A stretch of 64,000 nucleotides of DNA from Paraphysomonas bandaiensis (Eukaryota; Protista; Chrysophyceae), in the NCBI GenBank assembly GCA_965644295.1, contig CBFFRP010000216.1, positions 1-64,000 on the forward strand, read 5' to 3'. Shown here piece after piece: positions 12,551 to 24,640 of this stretch (position 1 is the first letter of the stretch; the number at the start of each line of letters is the position of its first letter). The translations under genes and the position numbers were made by a program. The notes beneath the pieces were generated by a model. That model was not told the DNA's origin and made no database searches. It saw only the letters and a program-made list of their open reading frames with translations.

Positions 12551-13540
12551 ATGATCTACAAGACTCTTGCAACCCTTGCCTTTGTCTCAACAGCTGTTAC
12601 AGCTAAACTAAGTGACTCTACCCCTGAGTCTCTTAAATACATGTGGGAATCCTTTAAATCAGACCACAGAAAGACTTATTCAACATTTGAAGAGGAAAGA
12701 GCACGTTATAATATTTTTGTAAACAATCTCCGTACGATTGATCTGCGCAATGAGGAGGAGCGTATGGCTGGAGGCAGTGCTGTTCATGGTATTACAAAGT
12801 TCTCTGATATGACACAAGAGGAATTTGCTGCCAAATTTTTGACTGCTAACTCATCTATGAAGTCTCGTGACACTGAAGTTGCTACTGTTCCTCCTTACAC
12901 TGGAGCACAGTCTTCTGTGGACTGGACAGGCAAGCTTACAACTCCTGTCAAGGACCAAGGATACTGCGGATCTTGCTGGGCATTTTCTGCCACTGAGCAA
13001 ATTGAGTCTGATTCGATGCGTACTCTGGGAACTTCCTATATCCTTTCCCCGGAGCAGATTACTCAATGCGACAAGACCTCCTATGGATGCAATGGTGGCT
13101 GGACGGAGAGCGCTTATAACTACGTCAAGAACACTGGCGGACTCGAGACAAACGCAGATTATCCATACACTTCATACAATGGTGTGACCGGCTCATGCCA
13201 TTCCCAGTCCTCCAAATACAAGATTGGTGTATCTGGATACAAGACTATCAACGGCGAGACTAACATGGCCAACTACGTTTTATCCACTGGCCCACTCTCC
13301 GTATGTCTGGACGCCAACAATTGGAACTCTTACCACGGTGGTATTATGTCTTCTTGCGGCAAGCAGGTCGACCACTGCGTACAGGCTGTGGGTGTGAATA
13401 CTGGAGTGAACGGATACTGGAAAGTGCGTAACTCCTGGGGAACTTCTTGGGGAGAGAATGGTTACATTCGTTTGGCGTATGGTCAGAACACGTGCGATAT
13501 TACCAATGATCCTACCTACGCCAACGTATTTAAGGCTTAA
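12551..13540 (+). CDS. Papain-family (C1A) cysteine protease, intronless
   Basis: Complete 329-aa ORF with signal peptide, QGYCGSCWAFS, DHCVQAVG and VRNSWG. Confidence 0.97.
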   Translation: MIYKTLATLAFVSTAVTAKLSDSTPESLKYMWESFKSDHRKTYSTFEEERARYNIFVNNLRTIDLRNEEERMAGGSAVHGITKFSDMTQEEFAAKFLTANSSMKSRDTEVATVPPYTGAQSSVDWTGKLTTPVKDQGYCGSCWAFSATEQIESDSMRTLGTSYILSPEQITQCDKTSYGCNGGWTESAYNYVKNTGGLETNADYPYTSYNGVTGSCHSQSSKYKIGVSGYKTINGETNMANYVLSTGPLSVCLDANNWNSYHGGIMSSCGKQVDHCVQAVGVNTGVNGYWKVRNSWGTSWGENGYIRLAYGQNTCDITNDPTYANVFKA

Positions 13541-13986
13541 TATAAAGCCAATCCCATGAGTTAGACGCTATTGAGCGTATAACAGTTGTGAGCGAGTCTT
13601 TAGATTAAAAGCGATATGCTCTATGTGGGAAATGTTGCATTAAAATGCCATATCATGCCGTTGATATTAATTAATCTATAAGCAGCATTGGTTTTCAAGC
13701 GAAGTTGTGTATATGATGTTCTGTTAATTAATTTCTTATGTGGTGCATACTAACTTTTAAAATGCAACCAGATCCTACTTACGTACTTGTTACCTACTCT
13801 AAGTTATCGCGATAGTATTGTTTAGTCTTTAAAAGTTGAAATGCCAAAATAGTTAACTATAATAGTAGATGGAATAATAATATACATAGAGGAACTGAAC
13901 GATAAGGAATCTATATATGATGTGTACAGTAAAGATTTCGATATTATACTTAAGTTAACCTCTTGCAATACTGTTGGCTGCTGGAA

Positions 13987-14300
13987 TATTGGAATACGTA
14001 TGTTTCTCCAAGATAGAACTGCAGTATACATTATACGTTAAATATACAATGTGAAAACGGTAATACATAATACATAGACACAATACTGTATAGCTATATT
14101 ATAACTGTAAAACTGAAGTATCGTTACGATTCCAGATACGGAAGTTTATCAGTGGTTGCTATCAGAATTATAAAATTACGTTGGTGATGAGTTTTATGCG
14201 TACTAACACAATTGTCTATGTAGTAGTATATAATGTAGTATGTGATTCTAATCTACTATCTAATTTGACGACTAAAGTTTTCTTTAGCGATCTCATAAAG
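13987..14300 (+). repeat. Diverged solo LTR of the Copia element 1 family
   Basis: Aligns with the reverse complement of 5129-5448 (ttggaatacgtatg...aactgaagta...gatacggaagtt...atctaatttgac). Confidence 0.8.
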
Positions 14301-14624
14301 TATATATAATGACAAGTCGTCATTGCTTCCTTGCTCTGTTGCACACTTGCAAGCAATGTACTTTCAAGAAAGAATTATAATTATTACTAATCTATTAGCA
14401 CTTCACAACATATTCACATAAAACCTGTCTTTCATATATTAACCAGTCAGCCCTATACATCAGTCACAAAATTTACTTCTATATTCACCCTTTACATCTA
14501 CATGTTGGCTTCACCTACTGTACGTACACCTATTTCACAATCTACAGCATAACTCAGAATAAGGAAAATAATAATAGTGTTGATTTTATATTTTTATAGT
14601 TGTTTCTTCTAATTATATCTAAAT

Positions 14625-15021
14625 CAGGGCCTGGTAACCATTAATACCTAAGTAGATATTACCGCTCATAGTAGATAGAGTGTGATGCTCCCTTAACTAC
14701 TTGTTTAGTTAAAAAACAGTCTACGAACCGTAAATACCCAACATATCATTCTTCTTTCGCTCTCGACTGGCAATCATCAATGGATTAATCCAGTTTCTAC
14801 AAAATAGCTGTAGTGTTGCATGAAAATTGCTTAACTTTGTTTCAAGTTTCTTCAGAGTATAGAGGATATACTATATCTTTAAAACACTTAATTTATATAT
14901 ATTATATTTATCAAGTACCAGTAGATGTCATTAATGGCCAAATAATGGGTGCCCAGCTCCTCGTAATTATAATGCCATGAATGAAAAATGTCCCGTCATT
15001 AACGGCTACCAGCAGGCCCTG
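14625..15021. mobile_element. hAT-type MITE (second family)
   Basis: TIRs CAGGGCCTG...ttaat / attaa...CAGGCCCTG and 8-bp TSD atctaaat / atttaaat. Confidence 0.75.
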
Positions 15022-15640
15022 ATTTAAATCTAGCATCCTTGGCAAAGAGTTTAAATTATATTATAATCTCATCATCTGTACAGATTTACCTCCAAACAAA
15101 CTCTGTGTTCAACTGAAATTCCAGATATTTACCTCCTGTATACTAACTTTACAACTATCATTATCAACACACACGACGATTCATATTTCCAACATCAAGC
15201 TGTATCACTTCCACGGACAATAACATATATTTGCTTGTTATGCTACGAGGTCGTCGGCTTAAACTTTCAGTAAACACAACATGCTTATTCTACTATTATT
15301 GTCATCATGTTAGTAATTGTTTCCGACCATAATCGATCACTCGGTGCCACACTGACGTCGACGAGATGACCGAACGTGGGAAAGTGATTTCACCAGGTTT
15401 CTTATATATCAAAAAGTGCCATACATGGTAGCGCCGTTGTGTATTTAAGTGTAAGTATTCTAAAAACATTGTATATTTATGAATCATTAAACTTTAGCAA
15501 AACTAATCCAATTTTGTCCGCTTCAGCCACAGATTCAATGATTAGAGCAGATGTAACACAAGCAACAGTTTCACTTATAGTGCAGTTGTTGGACATTAAT
15601 AAATGCTAATCTCAATCAGACAGATTTATGGTTAGAATAT

Positions 15641-15829
15641 CAGGGCTTCGTAAAACAAACTGTTGATTAATTGAAAATTAAGTTGTAGTCAATATATTAC
15701 AGTTGCAGTTATTGCTTGCTGTGTCCTAATTTATTGAGTTGCACTTAATTGACACTGAACTACATACGTATATAGCTATATACATTAGCTGCTTACATAG
15801 CTTGTTCGACTGTCATTTCATTCCAGAGG
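15641..15829. repeat. Left part of a hAT MITE interrupted by Copia element 2
   Basis: Starts CAGGGCTTCGT and ends in tttcattccagagg, which matches 9191-9204 of the intact MITE. The LTR follows immediately. Confidence 0.6.
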
Positions 15830-17800
15830 TGTTGAGTTTTGCTGTTTGTGAGCAATTAAAAGCTGTAGTTTCCAAGATATTAGAATTATATCCGTTACTC
15901 AAAGAATACAGTAGTAGCTAGCTGTAGTATGAGAACCAATAATATGATAGCCATTGTAGTGATAAAACTGAAATATACTGACTGTACAAGATAGTGACGA
16001 TGTAAGATCGTACTAGAAATGGTTGGTGTAGTAGAGATAGAAAGAGTTGGTGAACGTCAATGAATGAAGTATGGTATCTCTTATAATTATATAATATTCC
16101 ATATAAGTGTTAACAAAGGTCTTATTACTAAAAATGTCTATTTCTAACATGGTAGCAGACAGTAGTTCGGAGTGGAAACTTCTTCCTAAATTTGATCAGT
16201 TCGGTGTAGTGAATTGGTCAAAGAATCTGAAAGTGTGGTTGATGAGGAAGAACAGGAACCATCTGGGTCTAGAGGACCGTCCAGTAAGACCAGCAAATAA
16301 TGCGCCAGTGACAGTCCGAAATAAGTACAAGGAGGATCTGGACAAGTGGCTGGAGAGGAAAGACACGTGCATCAGTTCGATATTTGAAGCTGTTCAACCA
16401 GTCGCTGAAGCCCTTGAGATCGTGGATCAGTACTTCCGGGAAAAGGATATGCTCCCGCAGGACCATCCTGATAAAGAGCAGTTAGCGAGTGAACTCATCT
16501 CTAGGTTAATTGTTCGGTTTCGAGGGGAAATCCAATATGAATTAGTTGAATTGAATAAGAAGTTTGCAGGATTCAAAATTCTACCGGGGGAACTCGTGTG
16601 CGCAGCAATCGATCGACTAAACGGCATCTGTCAAAAAATGTCCGAGTTGGGGGAACCACCCACTGACATCGCTAAAAAAACGAAGTTACAGACTGCCCTC
16701 GAAACACGAAGCGATTTGGAGCAATTGTACACCAATCTCTACCTACAAGGTGACATAACCTTTATTGATATGATCACCATATGCAGGAGATACGATCAGG
16801 CAAAAGGTGTCCCGAAAGAAGGCACCGACGAAGTAAACATGAATTCCACTGCTGATGAAAATGAGGTGTGCAGCTATCCCAAATGTGGCAAACGGGGTCA
16901 CTCACAGAAATCGTGCTGGAAGAAGAAGAGAGACCTTAAGATCGCGAAATTAAGAAGGCAGGGAAAGAGTCGTGGCGCTAGGAATCGATCTGAGAGTCGC
17001 AGAGACAACAACGAGAAGAAAAAATCAGATGGCTGCTATGTATGTGGAGACACCAGACATCGTGCGTATAAGTGCAAATTTCGTGCTCAAGTACGTAGTG
17101 ACTCTGCCCAAGGAGACAAAAACCGGCCATTTTTGGACGAAAAGCCTGCAAAACGCACAGATTGGAATCGTTTTTTGCGGAGAGAGGAGCAAGAGGAAGA
17201 TTCGGACTCTGTGAACATGATTATGTATGAGGAACCGCATGATGATTCATGTGTCTCTGAAGAGGTGCTACACACTTCCGATGAACCCGTGTATTTAGAC
17301 AGCTGTGCCTCTAATAAACTGTTCATTGTTAAGGACAGAAATTTCCTTCATACGGTCAAGAAGGAGGATGGAAATATACAGACAACCAGAGCTGGATCCA
17401 GTTTACACTATGAGGAAACTGGAGGCTTTGGCGATTGGACTGACATCAAGATCTGCCCTGGATCAGTCAAGAATATCTGCTCTGGAGGAATACTCCGTTC
17501 TCACGGGTATGGATTGCAGTTGTTGAACAAGCCCACTGTTGTGCGACTTGATACTGGGGAGACTGTATTGGAGGCAACCTACTCAAGCAACGGAATGCCT
17601 TATGTAAATTTACAGGAAATACTTGATCTTCCAAATTTGACAATGCTGGAGGAAGTATATTTGTCCGACAAGGTGCATGAAGATCCGTTAGAGATGTTAC
17701 ACAAGCGCTGTGGACACGTCAGCAAACATAAGCTGATTGAAGCGTTTAAACACAGACTTTTTACCGGGAGCGGATTAACCCGACGACATCTCAGCTGTGA
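15830..17800 (+). mobile_element. 3'-truncated Copia element 2: 5' LTR (15830-16149), PBS, gag, protease, start of integrase
   Basis: TGTTG...TAACA LTR of about 320 bp followed by TGGTAGCAGA. ORF 16134-17800 has two CCHC knuckles, YLDSCAS and LHKRCGH, and is clearly paralogous to element 1 (EAFKHRLFTGSGLTRRHLS vs EAHRRMLFTGSNLQRKHLS). Confidence 0.92.
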
Positions 17801-18464
17801 CCACGTGGCATTTCCCATGCCCTATCTACGTGGCTATAGTAACACGCTATTGAGTCACATGCATGGTTACATTGACTTTTAGGACCCTATGTTGGTTTAG
17901 GACCCTATATCAGGACCCTATATATTGCTTTAGGACCTTCATTGTGTTCAGGATACATATTATGCAACACCATTTGGACATTGGTAATGTACCACAGTGT
18001 ACCTACATATTGAGCCAACGTTCGGGTATGATGTCCAATTTTTATCTGCTGATGATGATGTACGACTATGATCTGCTGCTGGTGACTTCGGTTGATGTGA
18101 AACCTGCTGCAAATTTATATCAAAGTTATGTGGGCCCGTATTCCTGTATAGCAGTTGCAGTACATACTTCCATATAAATACATACATGTATTACCCGTAT
18201 AGCGCCCATGAAGCACACACACTATACACCACTATGACCACACACCGCTGATACTCCCCACCGAGTAGAGGCAGGCAGCAGAGCCTCTGAATCATGCACG
18301 ATATGCATATATCCATACTCACTTCGAAGCCAATCGATATACGTTTTTATACACACGTAGACCTATGTATACCATATACACAGTATACAGAGAATACGTT
18401 GATTCACAGCAAAAAGCTTCACATGCACTCATTTTATGTATGTATGTATGTATTAGTAGGTACG

Positions 18465-19390
18465 TTATGGCCGTTAACGAAGTGTTAAGACACATATCTG
18501 AAAATCCTGCTATAGAATTGCATGCGGACTGTCCTTACTGCGAATTGTCGGGTCACATAAGTGTTGCTTTTGCATTCTCTAACTCGTAGTGTCTCTGCTG
18601 TTAGATCCGGTACATTTTCTGCTCCAGGTGGGCTATTGCACTTTCACATGTCTTATCTAGGATTCGACAAGACATTGAGCTCAGCGGCAAATGCGTACAT
18701 CCTTCGCACGCGAAGCTAATATGTTTACGATATTCCACGTACCATAAATCTTTATTCTGTGAGGTAGATTGATTTAATTGTTTTAACTTGATTTGCAGTT
18801 GTACGAGTAAAGATTACTATTGCATGAGCGGTGATGGACCTACTTCAAGACCACCGCCGTTTGTCGAAAACACGACGTACACAAGCAAAATTTTGAAGAA
18901 TCGTCCATACCAGCCAACATTTCGGCACCCAAACTGATGTGGTTGCTGCTGTCAGCGTTGTTCTTTTCTTTACCCAGTCGGCGAATGTCAAATTTCTTAA
19001 TATTTACATTTATTGGTTACTGATGTATCATGATGTGTTTAACTATTTTCTGCCGCGGGCACCATCTTGGCAGCAGCGGTGAACTCGTAAAATGCTACTT
19101 GTGAAATGAGACCAGGTCTTCTGCTCCGCGCTACGGGTGATGAAGATGAGGGGTTAGGGCGGGGCGTATCCTATATTTGTCGCGGACAGCGAACCAATCT
19201 CAAATGATTAACTCTGCCGAGTTGTCATTTGAGTTGATTTTCTTGCAACACGAAGTGTGTGCAACTTTTTGGTTGAAATTGAACATAAAACCCGAGAACA
19301 TTTTTCTCTGCGGAGAGGGGATGAAATTGCCTACCTTCAACTATATCAAACTGTCACGTCACCTTTTTCTCGGCTTGATCTCCATCGATT
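18465..19390 (+). pseudogene. Inverted, deletion-riddled copy of the 5' two-thirds of the kinase gene, introns included
   Basis: Colinear with the reverse complement of ~20232-21374, e.g. gtgtctctgctgttagatccggtacattttctg and ttttaacttgatttgcagttgtacgagtaaa. Confidence 0.85.
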
Positions 19391-19632
19391 TAGCAATACA
19401 ACACTAGTAATAAACTTTACAGAAATATTGTGGTGTAATATATATTAAAAAATTTATCCTGCCATGAACATCAGGGTATCAGGGGGGAAATCACAACGAA
19501 TTGACTGAAATTCAGATACATCGTATTTACAATTGTAAGTAAATATGGAAGTGACAATTTGTACTTCAACATATAAGATATAACAATTCGTACTGCAGCG
19601 GGTCACCATTAAAGTATACATATATATCTTCG

Positions 19633-21468
19633 CTATCCACTTGAATAGGACCGAAGAGATCCCACATTTCCTTTTCTTCTCGTATTTCGTTTCGAACGTG
19701 AAGTATTTAGCAAAAGTCTTGGAACAGCTATATTACACGCCAAGAAGTCGTGCTGTAGTGCATCAGCAGTTGTTGATCTATGGTCCGGGTCAGGATACAC
19801 TAAACTGGCAATGAAGTGTAACATATCACACGGACAACTAACTTCTCCACTGAATCTTGAAGCTAAGAGATTATACACACGTATCTTATGATCAGTAAAG
19901 GAGAACTTCTGTTTAATATCTGGAAGGCTTGCAAACAGCTGTTGGGAATAAAGTCCTCCTGCGAATCTCAGCTGTGGAGGTATTGTTAGAGTATTGCACA
20001 TTGACAGAAACTGTTCTTCTCTTGTTTTTGATACAAATAAAGTTCTTCCCAGACATAACTCAAGTAGCACAATGCCTAGAGACCACATGTCAATCTGTGA
20101 ACCAAACGGTACTCCAAGAAGCACCTCAGGTGCCCTGTAGGGCATGGACTGCACTTCAAACTCCGCATAAAACTTAGACGACTCGGAAATATGAAAAGCA
20201 TTGCCAAAGTCTCCGATGGTGACGTCAAAATCGGAAAATGGAATAAGATCAAGCCGAGAAGGTTCAATGCTCTGACGTGACCTTTTTCGGGACTGTAAGT
20301 TTGATATAGCAGTTGAAGGTAGAGTACAATTCCCGTCATCCCACCGCAGAAATATATTCTCAGGTTTTATGTCCTGTTCCGAGTTAGCAAAAAAGGGTTA
20401 GATTGCACACACTAGAAAGCACAGTAGTACAAAAAATCGATGCTCAAATGACAACTATTGGCAAGAGTTAATCATTGGAGTGGTTCGCTGTCAACAGCAC
20501 GGTAAATATAGGATACATACCGAATGGACAACCCCCTCACTCTTCATCACCCATAGCGCAGAACAGAGACGGGCGGCCACATGTCGTAGTCTCGACACAA
20601 ACATAGCATTTACAGGGGGTTCACTTGGAAGCTGAGGGTCCTGCCAAGATGAGCCACTCCCACGGCGAAATCTAGTTAAACACATCATGACATCATAAAA
20701 CTGCACCAATAACCAATAAATATAAATATTAAGTAGACAACATTCGCCGATAGACATGAACAAAGAACAACGCTGACAGCAGCAACCGTACTCACTTTGG
20801 GTGTAAAATGTTGGCTGGTGCATGGATAGATTCTTCAAAGTCAACACGGCTTGTGTGCACACGATCTCGACAAATGAAGTCAAGCAGTGTGTGCTGAAAC
20901 AGGTCCATCACCATATGCATCTGCCGCTCATGCATGAAACAATCTTTTACTCGTACAACTGCAAATCAAGTTAAAACTAATTAAATCGAAATCATGTTTC
21001 CTCACAGAATAAAGATTTATGGTGTACTTTCGAATTAAGATATCGTAAACATATTAGCTCGCGCAGACCAAGCAGCTCCACAGAAGGATGTAGAATTTTC
21101 AATGCACATTTATCACCACTTGTGGACTCAGCACTACATATCACGAAAATGAATCCCTAGATAAAACAGACATGTGGGGTGCAATAGTACCTGTAGACTT
21201 CAGAAAATGTACCGGATCTAACAGCAGAGACACTCACAGTTAGAGAACAAAAGCAGCACTTATGAATAACTGACCCGATATTCGCACGTAAAGAGTAACA
21301 GTCCACGTAACTACTACTAGCAGAGTTTTGTTCAGTTATATTGATGTAGCACTTCGTTAACGACACTGTAGCCATACGAAGGAGGTTTCTGCGACGCCTG
21401 CATGGCGAATACGACTTCTGTAATAGCCATGAGAGGTCTTCACCCTTTGGTGGTTCAAATGATGACAT
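19633..21468 (-). CDS. CMGC (DYRK/HIPK-like) Ser/Thr kinase, ~6 exons
   Basis: Spliced IGSGTFSEVY, ALKIL, HSDIKPEN, GDFGNA, QSMPYRAPE and IDMWSLG. Confidence 0.9.
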
Positions 21469-21828
21469 TATGAGGAGTACTCAATGCAGAAAATCATTCT
21501 ATTCGATCTCTATCTCTATATGGATGCATGCAATGAAACTGTGCTGTGTATTCATTCAGTTGGCAGAGCAATCAACTGAAATCTATGACCCCACAACACA
21601 CAGGTATAAACCCTGGTTTTCTGGAGGTGACTTTTCAATTTGTAGAGTTAAAAGTTGCTAAAAAGCCTCATTTTTCATTCCACTAAACAGCACTGCGGAG
21701 CATCACCTGGCTGTGTTGAAGATCAAGCGGGAGGGTCTGTCGGTTCAAACTGCTGCGGACTGTGAGGTGAGCCTCTGAGATAGACCAACAAATATCATAA
21801 TCGATACGCGTATCAATTGCAAGCTACG

Positions 21829-22662
21829 ATGTCTATGAAAAATGCTCTTCTCCGCAATATGCGCTTCGAATTGATTCCACTCAAGTCTACGTTAGAGTGT
21901 CTCGGTCAACTGCCAGAGGGCATAACTACCACAGTGTCTTGTTCGTTGAAAAAAGGTATAGAATCAACACAGGAACTGACAGAGGTTTTAATATCAAGGG
22001 GCCATCCAACAGTACCACATATAGTTGCGCGTCAAATTGACGGCCCTAAACACAGCAAAGAACTAGTCGAGTGGCTTCGACGGAATAGAATAAGTGAAGT
22101 TCTTGTGGTTGGGGGTGATGTATCTACTCCGCGATACTATCCAGACTCACTCTCTTTTATGAGAGATTTACTAGAACTCGACACTGACTTGAAAGTGATC
22201 AATTTTGCTGCTCATCCCGAAGGACATAACAATGCTGGCCCTAAAACACTCCATGAGATACTACTTGCCAAGCAGGAACTTCTTCGACAGGCAGGCGTTA
22301 AAGGCGTTGGCGTATCACAGTTGTGTTTTGATGCAGATAGCTTAATTAGATGGCTCCGTGGTGAACGTGACACCGGATTTGAAGCGCCGTTAATGGTTGG
22401 TATAGCCGGTGTTGTTGGTGTACATAAACTTGTAGAAATTGGATTTAAGTTGGGAATCGGAAATTCTCTTCATATGCTCGGAAAAATGAACTCGAGTCTT
22501 CAGCCGCTACTTATGACAAGTGGCTATGATCCTTCTGATTTCTTAGATAAGATTGTCCCTGAAGCCAAGCGGCTGAATATTGTAGGTATTCACAGTTGCA
22601 CTTTTAACTGTGTTGCCTCCACTGCACAGTGGCGTCAAAAACATGTACATGATATTGACTAG
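21829..22662 (+). CDS. metF: Bacterial-type methylenetetrahydrofolate reductase (MetF-like), intronless
   Basis: VPHIVAR, VLVVGGD, AAHPEGH, SQLCFD and GIHSCTFN motifs of the FAD-linked MTHFR barrel. There is no eukaryotic C-terminal regulatory domain. Confidence 0.85.
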   Translation: MSMKNALLRNMRFELIPLKSTLECLGQLPEGITTTVSCSLKKGIESTQELTEVLISRGHPTVPHIVARQIDGPKHSKELVEWLRRNRISEVLVVGGDVSTPRYYPDSLSFMRDLLELDTDLKVINFAAHPEGHNNAGPKTLHEILLAKQELLRQAGVKGVGVSQLCFDADSLIRWLRGERDTGFEAPLMVGIAGVVGVHKLVEIGFKLGIGNSLHMLGKMNSSLQPLLMTSGYDPSDFLDKIVPEAKRLNIVGIHSCTFNCVASTAQWRQKHVHDID

Positions 22663-22699
22663 TTAATATAATTATTCGGTTTGCTCTTAAAGCCCTGAG

Positions 22700-22870
22700 A
22701 GTGTAGCACATCTCTACTACCACTCTATATTCCGTTTCACTACTATATACTTATCAATATTCATTAATAAGTACATAAGTACGATTAATAAGAGTACAAC
22801 TCTACACTACTGTAATTTAAAAATCTTATAAATATAGCTTCCAATTGATCTCATATAGCAGAACTCCAAC
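22700..22870 (-). repeat. LTR fragment related to 15830-16149 and 36640-36903
   Basis: tctctactaccactc...tatattccgttt.actactatatacttatc...gtacgattaataagag is shared with 36700-36830. Confidence 0.75.
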
Positions 22871-22899
22871 TTCTAATTCTAATATTATGTGCTTACCCT

Positions 22900-23007
22900 A
22901 TATAGTTAATAATTGCCAATTAATTGCAACCTCCCAGCGAGGAGCAATTATAATTGCAATTATTACGTATATCCAATTGCAATTCAATTAATTGTTACGC
23001 AGCCCTG
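22900..23007. repeat. Right end of a hAT MITE
   Basis: AATTGC-rich repeats ending in aattgttacgcagCCCTG. Confidence 0.65.
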
Positions 23008-23308
23008 AGCACATAGGCTGCAATGACTAAAGTATTACGAGAGCGAGTGAAATCGTACCACAATTAATAAGTCAGTACTATTGTTAATAAATCAGACGAA
23101 TTAAAAGTGAATGATAACTTTAAAACCTTTTGTACAGGAAACGAAAGACGATGACATACATTTGAGATTGTTTATAATGTACAAATGAAAAATAAGCATT
23201 CTTGGCGTCTCAATTCTATCTAATTACGATAACAAAACAACCTTTATCACATATTCGGCATCACAAACACACTTCTTATATTACAGTGGCTATCACACAA
23301 TAAAAAAT

Positions 23309-24640
23309 TCAATAATCAGAAAAATCAATATCAACCAGGTCTGAGTCAAAATCATAATGAGTATGGAAGACGGCTGCATCGTTTTCGTAGTCATTGCCGT
23401 AATCACTGTCGTAATCAAAGAAATCGAGATCGGCAACCTCATCATACACCATGGCGTTGGATGTATCGAAGTAGCCATTCTCAATTACCGCAATGCTATA
23501 CCTTGACGAATCAATGTTGACAACGAAATCAGACGTTCGTGATTCACAGAGTGCCCTTACAGCATCAGGAGTTATACTGTACGTAATAAACCTATGTCTG
23601 GAATACCCCTCAAAGTCCATCAGATCTAGCTGCAGTAAATTCGGAAAGCCATTGTGGAAGTAACGCAGAGTAGAATCTGATATACCCTCCCAACCAGTGA
23701 GGGATAAATACTTCAGCTCCAAACACCCGCAAGAGAGTTTGTGAATAGCTTCATCACTAAGCACTCGACAAAAAGACAGTTTAAGTGAAAGTAACGCAGT
23801 AGCGGATGTGGCGAGACACTCAAACATCGATTCATCGATTCCATCACACCCCGACAGATCCAGGGTTTGTATGTGGCTTCCACTTCGAGAAATAAGAGGA
23901 CACAAAGAATTGCTGGTTATATCTGGACAGTAGGCCAGTGCAAGGTGTTGAAGTTGGTGCAGAGAGAGAAGGGAACATACAGCAGGATCGGTCAACTGAG
24001 AAGCGTTAGAGAAGTCCAGAAAACTCAAATTCGGGCACCCAGCGCAGAGTTCACCAATCGCGTCATTGGATACAAACCAGCAGTTCTGTAAGGCCACTGA
24101 GCGGAGAGCAATGGCATTTCGAGCTAGAAATAAAAGAGCATTATCATGTAAATATGAGCACCCAGAAAAATTAATTTCAGTGAGTTTGTGGCACGGAGCT
24201 CTGTACTTCTCCGTCTCACCGTGCACAAGATTACGCAACTGGTGGTTATTCAATACAGTCAATTTCTGAATATTAACACAACGATTTAGTATGAAGTCCA
24301 GTCCTATACTCGTGAAGCGGCCACCACTCAACACTATGCTTGTAAAAACGGTACTTCTATTGAACATTTCGATGATATCGTTATCATCCAGGTCCGCATC
24401 ATGCACTTCAATCTCCCGCAACACGGGGAAGGCATTGCATATCCACTTCGCTTTGTACGTATCTACTTCATTCGGTATACCGCAGAGATGGGCGATCGAA
24501 GCATAGCTCTCAGATAGTTTTGATCTGGTACTCTTACTGGACACAGCGCTATCAAGGTGGGCAATTTCATTTAGCATCAGGTAACTTCCAATAGTAAATC
24601 CAACAATTTCCGCTGGTAGCAAATCAATAAACGATCCCAT
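23309..24640 (-). CDS. F-box/LRR (AMN1/FBXL-type) protein with acidic tail, intronless
   Basis: N-terminal LLPAEIV F-box-like start followed by repeated LxxLxLxxCxxITD Cys-containing LRRs. Confidence 0.85.
   Translation of the reverse strand: MGSFIDLLPAEIVGFTIGSYLMLNEIAHLDSAVSSKSTRSKLSESYASIAHLCGIPNEVDTYKAKWICNAFPVLREIEVHDADLDDNDIIEMFNRSTVFTSIVLSGGRFTSIGLDFILNRCVNIQKLTVLNNHQLRNLVHGETEKYRAPCHKLTEINFSGCSYLHDNALLFLARNAIALRSVALQNCWFVSNDAIGELCAGCPNLSFLDFSNASQLTDPAVCSLLSLHQLQHLALAYCPDITSNSLCPLISRSGSHIQTLDLSGCDGIDESMFECLATSATALLSLKLSFCRVLSDEAIHKLSCGCLELKYLSLTGWEGISDSTLRYFHNGFPNLLQLDLMDFEGYSRHRFITYSITPDAVRALCESRTSDFVVNIDSSRYSIAVIENGYFDTSNAMVYDEVADLDFFDYDSDYGNDYENDAAVFHTHYDFDSDLVDIDFSDY

Noticed and set aside
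15641-23007. One giant hAT carrying Copia, the kinase and metF
   Set aside because: The flanks tagaatat and agcacata do not form a TSD, and the internal LTRs are in opposite orientation.
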